Positions 1 through 9,177 of a stretch of 64,000 bases of DNA are shown here, one piece after another. Position numbers and translations under genes: made by a program. The stretch is from Acidimicrobiales bacterium (GTDB lineage Bacteria; Actinomycetota; Acidimicrobiia; Acidimicrobiales; SZUA-35). The notes below the pieces were generated by a model, which worked only from the letters and a program-made list of their open reading frames with translations, was not told the origin of the DNA and made no database searches. The first letter of the stretch is position 1. Every line of letters starts with the position of its first letter. The DNA is taken from the NCBI GenBank assembly GCA_050633745.1, contig JBOEHD010000029.1, positions 276 to 64,275 of the forward strand, given 5' to 3'.

Positions 1-171
1 GCTTTGGTTACTCGATCGGTCATACGGGCTCCCTTACTTCTTGATCTGGGCTTATCGATTTGAGCGTATTGATTTCTGATGGTGAGGTCGGAGCCGGGGC
101 GGTCACCCATGGTGAACCATGTGTGACCGCCCGGCATCCCCGGGTTCGTCTAGGGCCCGACCCCGGTTGGT

Positions 172-1341
172 TTAGTTGGTTGCTAGCCCTGGAACGCCCT
201 CCATGGCATCGGCCAACGAGGTGTCGTCGTCGATGTCGTCCATTTCCTTGACAGGGAACAGACGGAGCAAGATTGCTCCAACGAAGAAGGCGGCTATCGC
301 ACCTACGGCGATACCTGCGAACACACCAAACGCCGGTCCAGCTTCGCTTGGGAGGAAGCTGATGTAGGCGAAGATACTGCCAGGTGAAGGCGGTCCGGTT
401 AGACCGGCGTTGAAGATGCTGAAGATGATGTCAGCGGAGATACCGCCGGCCCACATGGCACCGATCATTACCGGGTTCATGAGGACATACGGGAAGTAGA
501 CCTCGTGGATTCCACCAAAGAAGTGGATGATGATGGAGCCAGGAGCTGACAGCTTGGCTAGGCCGGTGCCTGCAAACCAGTATGCGAGCAGCAGACCGAG
601 GCCGGGGCCGGGGTTCGACTCAAGCATGTAGTACACCGAGCGACCGGTTTCGGCCACGTCGGCGGTGCCGAGCGGAGTCAGCACACCATGGTTGATGGCG
701 TTGTTCAGGAACAACACCTTGCCGACCTCGATTGGGATGTCGGTGAGTGGCAGGAGACCTGCGTCGTCGATGCCCTCGACCATGTTGCCGAAAGCCGAAG
801 CCAGGCTGCCCATGATCGGGCCGATGATGACATAGCCAAGCATGGCTAGGAGAAGGCCTGCGATGCCCTGGGAGAAGTTGTTGAACAACATCTCGAACCC
901 TGCTGGGGTTCGATCCTCCAGGTACTCGTCGATCTTCTTCATCACGAAGCCAGCGAGCGGACCGACGAGCATGGCGCCGAGGAACTGAGGCGGATCGCCT
1001 GCAGCACCGGAGCTGAGCTCAAAGGACGCACCAGCGATGACACCCATGACAGCGACAGCACCAAGCACGCCACCACGGTGACCGTGGATGAGCTTGCCGC
1101 CGGTGTAAGCCACCAGGACGGGCAGTAGGTACTTGATCATCGGTCCGACGATGTCGCCGGTGATGGTACCCCAGTCCCAGTCAAGGCTGGTCTTGGCCAG
1201 CCACCCGGTTGGTATGAATAAGGCGGTTATCAATCCCCATGCAATGAACGCACCGATGTTCGGTATGACCATGCTGGAGAGAAAACCGCCGACACGTTGC
1301 ACTCTTTCGAGCATGTCGGGTCCTCCCCCTAGTAGACGCAA
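172..1341 (-). CDS. mtlA: PTS mannitol-class EIIC permease (C domain only; no fused IIB/IIA)
   Basis: 389-aa hydrophobic ORF. The blocks GFLSSMVIPNIGAFIAWGLITALFIPTGW, FLNNAINHG, ESNPGPGLGLLLAY, IIHFFGGIHEVYFPYVLMNP and SPGSI match the hallmark blocks of E. coli MtlA EIIC as I remember them. Confidence 0.9.
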   Translation of the reverse strand: MRLLGGGPDMLERVQRVGGFLSSMVIPNIGAFIAWGLITALFIPTGWLAKTSLDWDWGTITGDIVGPMIKYLLPVLVAYTGGKLIHGHRGGVLGAVAVMGVIAGASFELSSGAAGDPPQFLGAMLVGPLAGFVMKKIDEYLEDRTPAGFEMLFNNFSQGIAGLLLAMLGYVIIGPIMGSLASAFGNMVEGIDDAGLLPLTDIPIEVGKVLFLNNAINHGVLTPLGTADVAETGRSVYYMLESNPGPGLGLLLAYWFAGTGLAKLSAPGSIIIHFFGGIHEVYFPYVLMNPVMIGAMWAGGISADIIFSIFNAGLTGPPSPGSIFAYISFLPSEAGPAFGVFAGIAVGAIAAFFVGAILLRLFPVKEMDDIDDDTSLADAMEGVPGLATN

Positions 1342-1403
1342 TGCGAATTTAATCTTCTCGTCAGTTCAACCCTGTCGCCACTCCCAATAGGGCACTGACT
1401 ACT

Positions 1404-1421
1404 TGTGACAACCTGTGACAA
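1404..1421. promoter_or_regulatory. Direct repeat TGTGACAA-N2-TGTGACAA (10-bp period) upstream of the EIIC gene; candidate regulator-binding site
   Basis: TGTGACAA lies at 1404-1411 and again at 1414-1421. The pair sits 63-80 bp upstream of the EIIC start (1341), in the comparatively AT-rich 1342-1504 spacer. Confidence 0.3.
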
Positions 1422-1504
1422 TCATCACCCACGAACTCTAAAGTGTCGGAGTGGTTACAAAACCTCAGCTAAACCTGTACTGAAATTGCACTGAACTCGC
1501 GGAC

Positions 1505-3013
1505 TCAGAGGTGAGTCGCAACACGGGCGACATCCCCGGCCGATAACAGCGCTCCGACAACAACGACCGGCGCGGCGTGTTCAGCCACCGCAATTGTGCT
1601 GATAACCAGGTCATAATCCCGGTGATCAAGCGCCTCGTAGCCGGTCTCGGAAAGCACCTCGACTAATTCCAACTCCGGGAATTCGGCTTGAATTCGGGAA
1701 ACCAGCACCCAGACCGTGGCCATGCCGCTCGGGCACACCACCAGCGCTCGGCGCCTCGGTTTGAGCCGAGCACGCTCCATCGCTCCGCACAGATACATCG
1801 TAAGGAAGCCGACCTCGTCTTCGACGATGGTGGTGCCGAGCTCAGCCTCGAGAGCCTGACCGAGCTGACGGGCCACGATGTGCACGTCCTCGTAGCGAGT
1901 TCGCACCTCATCGAGCAGCGGATTGTGAACCGGCAGACCATGCCGGAGCCGAACCCGCAACCTGCCGACGTGGGCCAGCAGTCCGCGTCGCAGTTCGGCA
2001 TCGTCGACCAACACCGGATGAAGCTTCAGACCGGCGATCGCCAGCAGTTCGTCGACCAACGACTCTTCTAGCGGTTCGGCAACCGCCGAGGTCAGCTGCA
2101 AGGTGTCTAGGCCGAGCAAGTACTCGGTGACCGCGCCGACCTCGGCCGCTTCCATCGGCCCTTCGATCAGCGCCTCGAACTCCGGGACCAATGCCGACAC
2201 GGCTTCGGCAACGGGGTGATCGATGGCCGACCGCTGACGCCCCGCTTCAACGTCGATCGGACGACCAGCTCGAATCCTGGCGATCGAAACCGCGACATAG
2301 AGCGAGAAAACCATCTCGCCTCGCCCTGCCGCCAGGCGCTGGCCAAGCGGGCTAGCTCTCACCGCTAGCGCCGCCTCCCGTAGCGGCAGCGCTTCGAGTC
2401 GCTCTCGCATCCCGACAGCGATCCGGGCCGAGCGTTGTTCGCGGATCGTGTCATCGCCGCCAAGGTACGCCTCGAGCACATCTTCGGGGATCGTCTCCAG
2501 CACTAGCTGCACGATCACCTGACGGATCCGTCTCTCGGGGCCGACCACCATGATGCCCTGGCCCGAGCGTCGGACCAGGGGCAGACCGTTGCGTTCGAGC
2601 CACGGTTCACAAATCTGCAGATCGCGGCGGGCTGAGGTCTTAGAGACCTCCAACTCCTCGTGGATCCTGTCGAGGGAGGTGATGTCTGGAGCGGCCCAGA
2701 GCAGCGCGGCGATCAGCATGTTGCCGCGTTCTTCTGGGGCGTAGACCCGCGGCGCTTCAGAGCGGCTGTTCAGATCGGCGACGATGGCCGAGCGAATACT
2801 GTCATCGGCCACGACGTACAGGCCGGCGCCGCGGTGGCGGTGCAACTCGGCGCCCCACTCCCGCAGATAGTTCTCCGCAGTGGCCAGGCGATAGCGGACC
2901 ACCCGTTCGCTCAAGCCGAGGTCGCCGGCCAAATCAGCGGTGCTGCGGACTCCCGGCTGATCGACAAGCCACCGAACGATGCGAATCACTCGGCTGTCGA
3001 GCGGGGCGCTCAT
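1505..3013 (-). CDS. PRD-domain transcriptional regulator (MtlR/LicR-like: N-terminal HTH, PRD region, EIIB-Gat-like domain)
   Basis: 502 aa. The N-terminus is winged-helix-like (IVRWLVDQPGVRSTADLAGDLGLSERVVRYRL). The centre is helical and PRD-like. The C-terminal segment ALVVCPSGMATVWVLVSRI resembles the phosphorylatable-Cys EIIB-like module. The gene sits between EIIC and ptsI. Confidence 0.7.
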   Translation of the reverse strand: MSAPLDSRVIRIVRWLVDQPGVRSTADLAGDLGLSERVVRYRLATAENYLREWGAELHRHRGAGLYVVADDSIRSAIVADLNSRSEAPRVYAPEERGNMLIAALLWAAPDITSLDRIHEELEVSKTSARRDLQICEPWLERNGLPLVRRSGQGIMVVGPERRIRQVIVQLVLETIPEDVLEAYLGGDDTIREQRSARIAVGMRERLEALPLREAALAVRASPLGQRLAAGRGEMVFSLYVAVSIARIRAGRPIDVEAGRQRSAIDHPVAEAVSALVPEFEALIEGPMEAAEVGAVTEYLLGLDTLQLTSAVAEPLEESLVDELLAIAGLKLHPVLVDDAELRRGLLAHVGRLRVRLRHGLPVHNPLLDEVRTRYEDVHIVARQLGQALEAELGTTIVEDEVGFLTMYLCGAMERARLKPRRRALVVCPSGMATVWVLVSRIQAEFPELELVEVLSETGYEALDHRDYDLVISTIAVAEHAAPVVVVGALLSAGDVARVATHL

Positions 3014-4758
3014 CCTGCCAGGCGCCAGTCGTTGATCGCCGCTCGAGCGGCAATCGCCGAGGGGCTCTTTATGGCCACGTCGACGGCGGCGAGACCCGGT
3101 CCCGGGTCAAGGGCCGAGATCGACGACTTGATCTGGTTGACCATCGAGGCGCTGACCGACAGCTTGTCGATCCCCATCGCCGCATACGCAGCCGCGGCTA
3201 CCGGATCGGCGGCCGATAGGCCACAAACCGAGACCGACAGGCCTGCGCGTTTTGCTCCCACTGCCACAAGATTACAGAGCGCCAGCACCGAGGGGTGAAC
3301 CGCGTCCTGCAGGTGTCCTAGTGCTTCGTTGGTTCGATCGGCGGCCAGGGTGTACTGGGTCAGGTCGTTGCTGCCGATGCTCAGGAAGTCGAGGTGTTCG
3401 GCCACCGCATCGACGGTGAGAGCGAGGGCCGGCACCTCGACCATGGCTCCGAATCGTGGCAGCCGAAATTGCTCAGCTGGCATCTCGGCCGCCATGTCGC
3501 TGGCCACCCGCTCGACCCAGGCCCGAATGTCGATGACCTCGTCGACGGTGGTGATCATCGGCACCATCATCCAAACATCGCCGTGGGCTGCGGCTCGCAT
3601 GACGGCTCTGAGCTGGCTCTCGAACACCTCGGGGCAGTGGTGATACAGGCGCGCTCCCCGGACCCCGAGAAACGGATTCTCCTCGCCGGGTATAGTCAGG
3701 TAGTCGGCCGGTTTGTCGCCACCGATATCGATGGTGCGGATAACCACCGGAGCGTCGAAGGCCTTCGCCGCTTTCGCGTAGAACTCGTACTGCTCGTCTT
3801 CGCTCGGTGGGGCTGGCCGATCGAGGAACAGGAATTCGGTGCGGAGCAGGCCGATCCCGTCCGCCTCTTCGGCGATGGCCCGATCCAGGTCGGCCTCGTT
3901 TGCCACATTGGCGGCGACCACTACCGGCCGCTCACCGAAATGGGTGGTCCGACCTCGCCAGGCGGTGGCCGCTTCAACCGCCGCTCGGTGGGTTTCAGAC
4001 CGCTGGGTGAACTCGGCCACGACGTCGTCGCTCGGTCGGAGAACCACTTCGCCGGTGGCGCCGTCGAGTGCCACCAGCTCACCGGACGCCACCTCGGCCC
4101 CCTCGCCGGTACCAACCACCGCGGGTACGCCCATCGAGCGGGCGATGATCACGACATGGCTGGTCGGTCCGCCGGTCTCGGTCACAAAGCCGAGTACCTG
4201 CTCCGGGTCCATCTGGGCGGTTTCGGCCGCGGTGAGGTTTGCGGCCACAAAGATCGAAGGCTCGCCGCCGTCCAAGCGACGGGGTGCGATCCCCGCCAGG
4301 TGGCACGACACTCTGTCGACGACCTCTTCGACGTCGGCTGCTCGGGCCGCCAGATACGGGTCATCGAGCGATTGCAGCATGGCGCTGAGTTCGCGTCCGG
4401 CCTGGCTGATGGCTTCACCGAGTCCGAGCGATTCCTCCAGCTTGGCTTCGACCGCCGATACCAGCATGGGATCCTCAGCCATCAACGACTGCGCCTCCAG
4501 CACCGATGCAGCTTCGTCTCGGTCTCGGTTTCGGGCGTCAGCGGCCAGGCCAGCTAGCTCCTGAGAGACGACCTCGGTCGCTGCTTTGAACGCTTCGGCG
4601 GGCTCGGGTAGGTCGGGGACGACCACCTCGACCCGGTCGATGATGACCGCCGGTCCGATCGAAACACCGGGAGCGGCGCCAATACCCTGCAACAGGACCT
4701 GTTGGCTGTTCTGCGGCGTGTCTTTCTGAGTGTCGTTCTGGGTGTTCTGCTCAGCCAT
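3010..4758 (-). CDS. ptsI: Phosphoenolpyruvate-protein phosphotransferase (PTS Enzyme I)
   Basis: 582 aa. Motifs GGPTSHVVIIARSMGVPAVVGTG (active-site His), LRTEFLF, RTIDIGGDKP, ENPFLGVRG and SIGSNDLTQYTLAADR match the canonical EI blocks. A 4-nt overlap joins it to the downstream regulator gene. Confidence 0.95.
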   Translation of the reverse strand: MAEQNTQNDTQKDTPQNSQQVLLQGIGAAPGVSIGPAVIIDRVEVVVPDLPEPAEAFKAATEVVSQELAGLAADARNRDRDEAASVLEAQSLMAEDPMLVSAVEAKLEESLGLGEAISQAGRELSAMLQSLDDPYLAARAADVEEVVDRVSCHLAGIAPRRLDGGEPSIFVAANLTAAETAQMDPEQVLGFVTETGGPTSHVVIIARSMGVPAVVGTGEGAEVASGELVALDGATGEVVLRPSDDVVAEFTQRSETHRAAVEAATAWRGRTTHFGERPVVVAANVANEADLDRAIAEEADGIGLLRTEFLFLDRPAPPSEDEQYEFYAKAAKAFDAPVVIRTIDIGGDKPADYLTIPGEENPFLGVRGARLYHHCPEVFESQLRAVMRAAAHGDVWMMVPMITTVDEVIDIRAWVERVASDMAAEMPAEQFRLPRFGAMVEVPALALTVDAVAEHLDFLSIGSNDLTQYTLAADRTNEALGHLQDAVHPSVLALCNLVAVGAKRAGLSVSVCGLSAADPVAAAAYAAMGIDKLSVSASMVNQIKSSISALDPGPGLAAVDVAIKSPSAIAARAAINDWRLAG

Positions 4759-5428
4759 CGGGAAGATTCACCTTCAGTGTGTCGTAAAGGGCGGCACCGG
4801 CAACGAGGGTGATCGACGTCGTCACCAACAGCAGCGCCATGGTGAGAGCGATCGTGCCCGGGTTCACGCCGTAGCCCAGGGGCAGTACGGCGAACATGTT
4901 AAAGACCGCGAACACGGTCAGGATGGCGAACAGGGCGATGCGCCGTTTGTTGCCGAGACGGACACTGGTGCCCAACGCCTTCATACCGCCCATGTCGCTG
5001 CGGTCGACGACGACATAGCCATAGAAGGCGTAGAAGATTCCGGCCAGGATCGAGGGGATCCCACCTAGGTACCGGGTGCCGAGCATCACCGCGGCCCAGA
5101 ACCAGAACGCGGCCACGAATTGGGCCAGAAACCGAGCTGGGATCTGCAGTGGCTTCATGAACGACTCGGGCTCACCCCGGGAGGCCGAAAGCGCATAGCT
5201 AAACCAGGGGTAGGCGGCGGTACCTGCCATCACCGCACCAAATAGATCGAGAGCGATACCGAGTGCTCGACGGCCGTCGTCTAGGGCGATCTGAGCGGGG
5301 ATCCGGAACGCCGCGTAGACACCAAAGGTGACCGCGCCCGCAAGCAACAGTGTTAGCGGTTGACGGCGAAATCCGGCGATGCCCTCACGGAACATCGCCA
5401 CCGGCGTAATCGGGAATGGTTCAGTCAT
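4751..5428 (-). CDS. Integral membrane protein of unknown function, embedded in the PTS operon
   Basis: 225 aa with about 5-6 hydrophobic spans. It abuts the fruK stop (5429) and overlaps the ptsI start by 8 nt, which implies co-translation with the operon. I recognise no family motif. Confidence 0.6.
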   Translation of the reverse strand: MTEPFPITPVAMFREGIAGFRRQPLTLLLAGAVTFGVYAAFRIPAQIALDDGRRALGIALDLFGAVMAGTAAYPWFSYALSASRGEPESFMKPLQIPARFLAQFVAAFWFWAAVMLGTRYLGGIPSILAGIFYAFYGYVVVDRSDMGGMKALGTSVRLGNKRRIALFAILTVFAVFNMFAVLPLGYGVNPGTIALTMALLLVTTSITLVAGAALYDTLKVNLPDG

Positions 5429-6376
5429 TCAGCCTCCCTCGATCTTCATTTTGGGTTCGATCGACGCGGTCAGCGTCACCGCGGCACGATCGCGTTCGTT
5501 CACCGGCGGCGCTCCGGTTCCAGGAGAAGTAACCGCGGCATGGGCCCAGGCCAAAGCCTCAGCGAGGGCCCGCGGTCCGCCGTCGCCCACAGCTCGTGCT
5601 GCCAGGTAGCCGGCGAGTGTTGCGTCGCCTGCTCCGACCGTGTTTCGCACCGCATCGACCTCGGCTCGGCCGTGATGCACGCCTTCGTCGTCGATCAGTA
5701 GCGCCCCGTCGGCGCCGAGGCTTACGAGAATCGCAGCCCAGCCACCGTGGTGGAGTTCGGTCGCCGCCTCGATCACCGCACCGAGTGAGCCCAGTGAGGT
5801 TTGCACCAGAGATTCGAGTTCCTCGAGGTTCGGCTTGGCGACCGCACACGGTGCGCCGACCATGGCTTTCAGCGGAGCGCCGCTGGTGTCGAACGCCAGG
5901 GTACGTTCGGGCGATGTCATTCGTTTTGCCAGCTCGGCGTAGGTGCCGACGTCGGCTCCGCTTGGCAGGCTGCCCGCCGCAGCAACGATTCCATCGACCT
6001 CGGCTTCGGCCGCCGCTTGCAACAGTCCATCGAGCAGCGCCGGATCAAGTGCCGCTCCCGACTCGTTCAGCTTGGTGGTTGTGCCGTCCTGTTCGGTAAT
6101 CGACAGGTTGGTTCTAGTCCGCTCAACGCGATCGAACGGGCTGCAGATCGCCCCGAGGGGTTCGAGCTCGGCCAGAAAATCCGGCTTAGCTGCAGCGTCG
6201 ATGGGAAAGATGGCCCTGGCCGCCGTCCCGTTTGTCGAGAGAGCCCTGGCGATGTTGATGCCCTTGCCTCCCGGTTCGAGCCGGTTGTCGAGCACCCGCT
6301 GGACCTCACCGACCCTCAAGACGTCGAGCATGACCGTACGGTCGATACTCGGGTTGAGCGTCAGCGTGGTGATCAC
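5429..6376 (-). CDS. fruK: 1-phosphofructokinase / PfkB-family sugar-phosphate kinase
   Basis: Motifs TLNPSIDRT, GGKGINIA, GSLPSG, KPNLEEL, VSLGADGALL and VGAGDA are typical of FruK/PfkB. I place the start at GTG 6376, which gives a GTGA overlap with the upstream gene's stop. The Arg/Gln-rich 38-aa extension in the 6490 ORF is not credible. Confidence 0.85.
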   Translation of the reverse strand: MITTLTLNPSIDRTVMLDVLRVGEVQRVLDNRLEPGGKGINIARALSTNGTAARAIFPIDAAAKPDFLAELEPLGAICSPFDRVERTRTNLSITEQDGTTTKLNESGAALDPALLDGLLQAAAEAEVDGIVAAAGSLPSGADVGTYAELAKRMTSPERTLAFDTSGAPLKAMVGAPCAVAKPNLEELESLVQTSLGSLGAVIEAATELHHGGWAAILVSLGADGALLIDDEGVHHGRAEVDAVRNTVGAGDATLAGYLAARAVGDGGPRALAEALAWAHAAVTSPGTGAPPVNERDRAAVTLTASIEPKMKIEGG

Positions 6377-8193
6377 GACCCTGATGCGGCAGTGTTGTTG
6401 GAGTGACTGTTGTCGGAGTGACTGCCGTTGGAGCTCCGCTCTGCTGCGCCGTACTTTTCGATGAGCACCCGTTCGGCGGCGATGGTCCACTCGCCCTGGT
6501 CTCCAAGCGCCGCGGCTACCTCTGGCAGTTGCTGGCCAAGCTCGTCCAGACCGGTGAGCGGCACGCCGCTGACCTGCGGGAAGATAACGACCTTGCCTGC
6601 GAAGCGACCTTCAAGCACCGCTTGAATTCCGTCTCGGCCAGCTTCGATCCCGCCGATTGCTGCCAGGTTGAGCGCCGGGGTTAGCGAACCTGCCTTGGCC
6701 TTGGCGATCACCGCAGCCTGATCGGAGATCGAGGAGCCCGATGTTCCGGTGTACTGAGCGTTGTCGAGATAGACCAGGCTCATGTCGAGCGGGCCCTCGG
6801 TGCCGTTTGCGATACCGGCGAAGAACACCAGCATGCCGTCGGAGGCCATCAGGGTTCCAGCGTCGGCCATTACCGGCGCAACGGGAACCGATACCACCAC
6901 ATCGTCGGCGCCGTGGCCGTCGGTGAGCTCATCGATGACCTCGCGTGCTGAGCGGGCGCCGTTCGGATCGACGGGGATCAGTTTGCGACCTGTGCGTTCG
7001 GCGATCGGCTTGAGCTTTTCCAGCAGGGTTCCCATGCGATCCTGGTCGGGGTCGATGGCCACGATGGCCCGCGGCCCGACTTCGCTTTCCAGTGCCCGCT
7101 GAATGTGCATCTGCCCCATCGGACCTGCAGCGCCAACAAAGGCAGCAACGCCACCGGGACGGAGGTCACAACGATTGCGATCCTCGCCGTAGGCGTCGGC
7201 GATTCGAGGGCCGCGAGTGCCGACGTAAGCGGTGTAGTCGTAGTGCAGTCGACCGAAGTCGATATCGGCGAGTCCGTCGAGTTCGGTCTCGCCAACCAGA
7301 GCCATCGTTCCTCGGAAGGCGATCAGTCTGGCGGCGGCCGCGACCTCGGCTGCCAAGCGGGGGTCGAGCAACACGATGTCGTCGAACCCGGTGTCACCGG
7401 TGTGGCGCTTGGCCAGCTCGGCGAAGGTTTCCGGACCATCGAGCGTTGATCGCTCGATTTCAGTTCCCGCCGGTACGGCTTCGCTCACCTGGGCGGCGAC
7501 CGCATCGGAAACATTGGTTAGCAGCACCTTGCCAGGGTTGGTGAGGGTGCCTTCAAAGTCGTAGCTGCGCTCATCGGCAGGGCGACCGTGAATCCAGATC
7601 GTGCCACCTTCGAGCGGGGTCAGTCGGCGACGCTGGGTGTAGGCCGCTTCGACGCAGGCCCAGGGTTCGGACAGGGCGGCCGAGGCGTAGCCAAGATCGT
7701 CGTCGATGGGGATGACGTAGGCGCCGTCATCGGCGTCGAGCACCTCCGGGCCGAGCAGGTGATACTGAATCAGACCACCGGGGATCGTGTAGCCGTAGGC
7801 GGTGCTGCGCCCGTCGACGTGAATGTCGGGCTGGATAGCCAGACGGTCGCCCGCTGAGTACTGGCTGTCGAGTTCGTCGCCAACAGCGATAACCGTTACC
7901 GAGGTCTCATGGCCGAGACGGGTCGGTTCCTCTGACAGATCCCGGCCGTACAGCTTGGGATGCTCACCACCGAGCCGGATCAGCTTGACGTCGGAGAAGC
8001 ACAGGCCAACCGCATCGACCCGAACCAGCAGCTGGTCAGCGCCGACGTCTTCAACGGCGATGGGCTCCGGCCGCCCGTCCACGCCGACTAGTTCGATGCC
8101 CTTGCCGTAGGTGTTCCACCCAAGATTGGGCTCGGGGAGTGGCGTGGTGCCTTCCCAAAATTGCTCAAATGTCCATGACTGGTCAGCCGACAT
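6373..8193 (-). CDS. Zinc-binding MDR-family dehydrogenase, unusually long (606 aa); probably a sugar or sugar-phosphate dehydrogenase
   Basis: The N-terminal catalytic domain carries GLCFSDVKL and LGHETS (a GHE zinc-ligand motif). A later Rossmann-like segment reads AAFVGAAGPMGQMHIQ. It is the first gene of the PTS operon. Substrate was not determined. Confidence 0.7.
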   Translation of the reverse strand: MSADQSWTFEQFWEGTTPLPEPNLGWNTYGKGIELVGVDGRPEPIAVEDVGADQLLVRVDAVGLCFSDVKLIRLGGEHPKLYGRDLSEEPTRLGHETSVTVIAVGDELDSQYSAGDRLAIQPDIHVDGRSTAYGYTIPGGLIQYHLLGPEVLDADDGAYVIPIDDDLGYASAALSEPWACVEAAYTQRRRLTPLEGGTIWIHGRPADERSYDFEGTLTNPGKVLLTNVSDAVAAQVSEAVPAGTEIERSTLDGPETFAELAKRHTGDTGFDDIVLLDPRLAAEVAAAARLIAFRGTMALVGETELDGLADIDFGRLHYDYTAYVGTRGPRIADAYGEDRNRCDLRPGGVAAFVGAAGPMGQMHIQRALESEVGPRAIVAIDPDQDRMGTLLEKLKPIAERTGRKLIPVDPNGARSAREVIDELTDGHGADDVVVSVPVAPVMADAGTLMASDGMLVFFAGIANGTEGPLDMSLVYLDNAQYTGTSGSSISDQAAVIAKAKAGSLTPALNLAAIGGIEAGRDGIQAVLEGRFAGKVVIFPQVSGVPLTGLDELGQQLPEVAAALGDQGEWTIAAERVLIEKYGAAERSSNGSHSDNSHSNNTAASGS

Positions 8194-8386
8194 AGCTCCC
8201 CCTCGTCCGTAATTAGGGGCACCCCACCCCTAGGGCACCAATGTTCGGGGAACACCGGGCCTGCAACAACTGGCAGATTGACTTCGACCTGCTCCGACAA
8301 TTATGGCGAATGATGCGGCCATTGTCGTTACGTTCGGTTTGATTACCTAGCTACGGCTGAGCCGATGTGACCAGAACCACCGCGCA

Positions 8387-9169
8387 ATGGCAGACTTTGC
8401 AGCGATGACCATAGACACTGCCGACCTGCCAAAACCAACCGCGGCGGCGATCGCCGCACTCGCTCCCACCGGGACCTTGCGGGCCGCCATCAACCTCAGC
8501 AACTTCCTGCTGGTGACCGGCAAGAGCGACGCCGGAAATCCGGAGGGCGTGTCGCCAGACATGGCGGCAACGCTCGCCCGTTGCCTCGGCGTCGACCTTG
8601 AGCTGCTGCGGTACAAAACACCGGGCGAGGTGGCAGACGACGCCACATCGGGCAAATGGGATATCGGCAACATCGGCGCGGAGCCGAAACGGGCCGAACA
8701 CGTTTCCTTCACCTCGGCCTACTGTGAGATCCAGTGCACCTACCTCGTGCCTGCCGACTCCGACATCACCTCGATCGACCAGGTCGACCAACCCGGTCGC
8801 CGTATCGCCAGCGCGGCTCGGGCGGCATACGACCTTTGGCTTGAGCGCAACATTGAACGAGCCGAACTGGTGCAGGTGTCTGGGCTCGATGGCTCGTTCG
8901 ATGCGTTTGTCGACCAAAAGCTCGATGCTCTGGCCGGCCTACTGCCCCGGCTGCTCACCGACGTTGAGCGGCTGCCGGGAGCTCGAATCCTCGATGGCAG
9001 TTTCACCGCCGTACAACAGGCCATGGGCACACCAAAGGAACGAGACGCCGCGGGCTTCGAGTACCTGAAGTCATTCGTCGAGGCAGCGAAAGCGTCCGGT
9101 CTTGTGGGCTCACTCATCGAAACCCACAACGCAAACGGGCTTTCGGTTGCCGGACCAGCGGCAGACTAA
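8387..9169 (+). CDS. Family-3 solute-binding-protein-like domain protein (no obvious signal peptide)
   Basis: 260 aa. The pattern LRAAINLSNF...G...GVSPDMA..LA..LGV.LEL..Y.....V.....GKWDIG........R...V.FT..Y is typical of PBPb/SBP_bac_3 proteins. Confidence 0.65.
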   Translation: MADFAAMTIDTADLPKPTAAAIAALAPTGTLRAAINLSNFLLVTGKSDAGNPEGVSPDMAATLARCLGVDLELLRYKTPGEVADDATSGKWDIGNIGAEPKRAEHVSFTSAYCEIQCTYLVPADSDITSIDQVDQPGRRIASAARAAYDLWLERNIERAELVQVSGLDGSFDAFVDQKLDALAGLLPRLLTDVERLPGARILDGSFTAVQQAMGTPKERDAAGFEYLKSFVEAAKASGLVGSLIETHNANGLSVAGPAAD

Positions 9170-9177
9170 ACCTGGCC

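Noticed and set aside
1-23. A possible 5' end of another minus-strand gene (ATG at 23, with AAGGGAG upstream), perhaps a PTS IIB/IIA component.
   Set aside because: Only 7 codons lie inside the window, which is too little to call a feature.
5429-6490. The full-length 353-aa version of the fruK ORF.
   Set aside because: The first 38 residues are Arg/Gln-rich and overlap the upstream dehydrogenase gene. GTG 6376 gives the canonical VITTLTLNPS N-terminus and a GTGA coupling junction.
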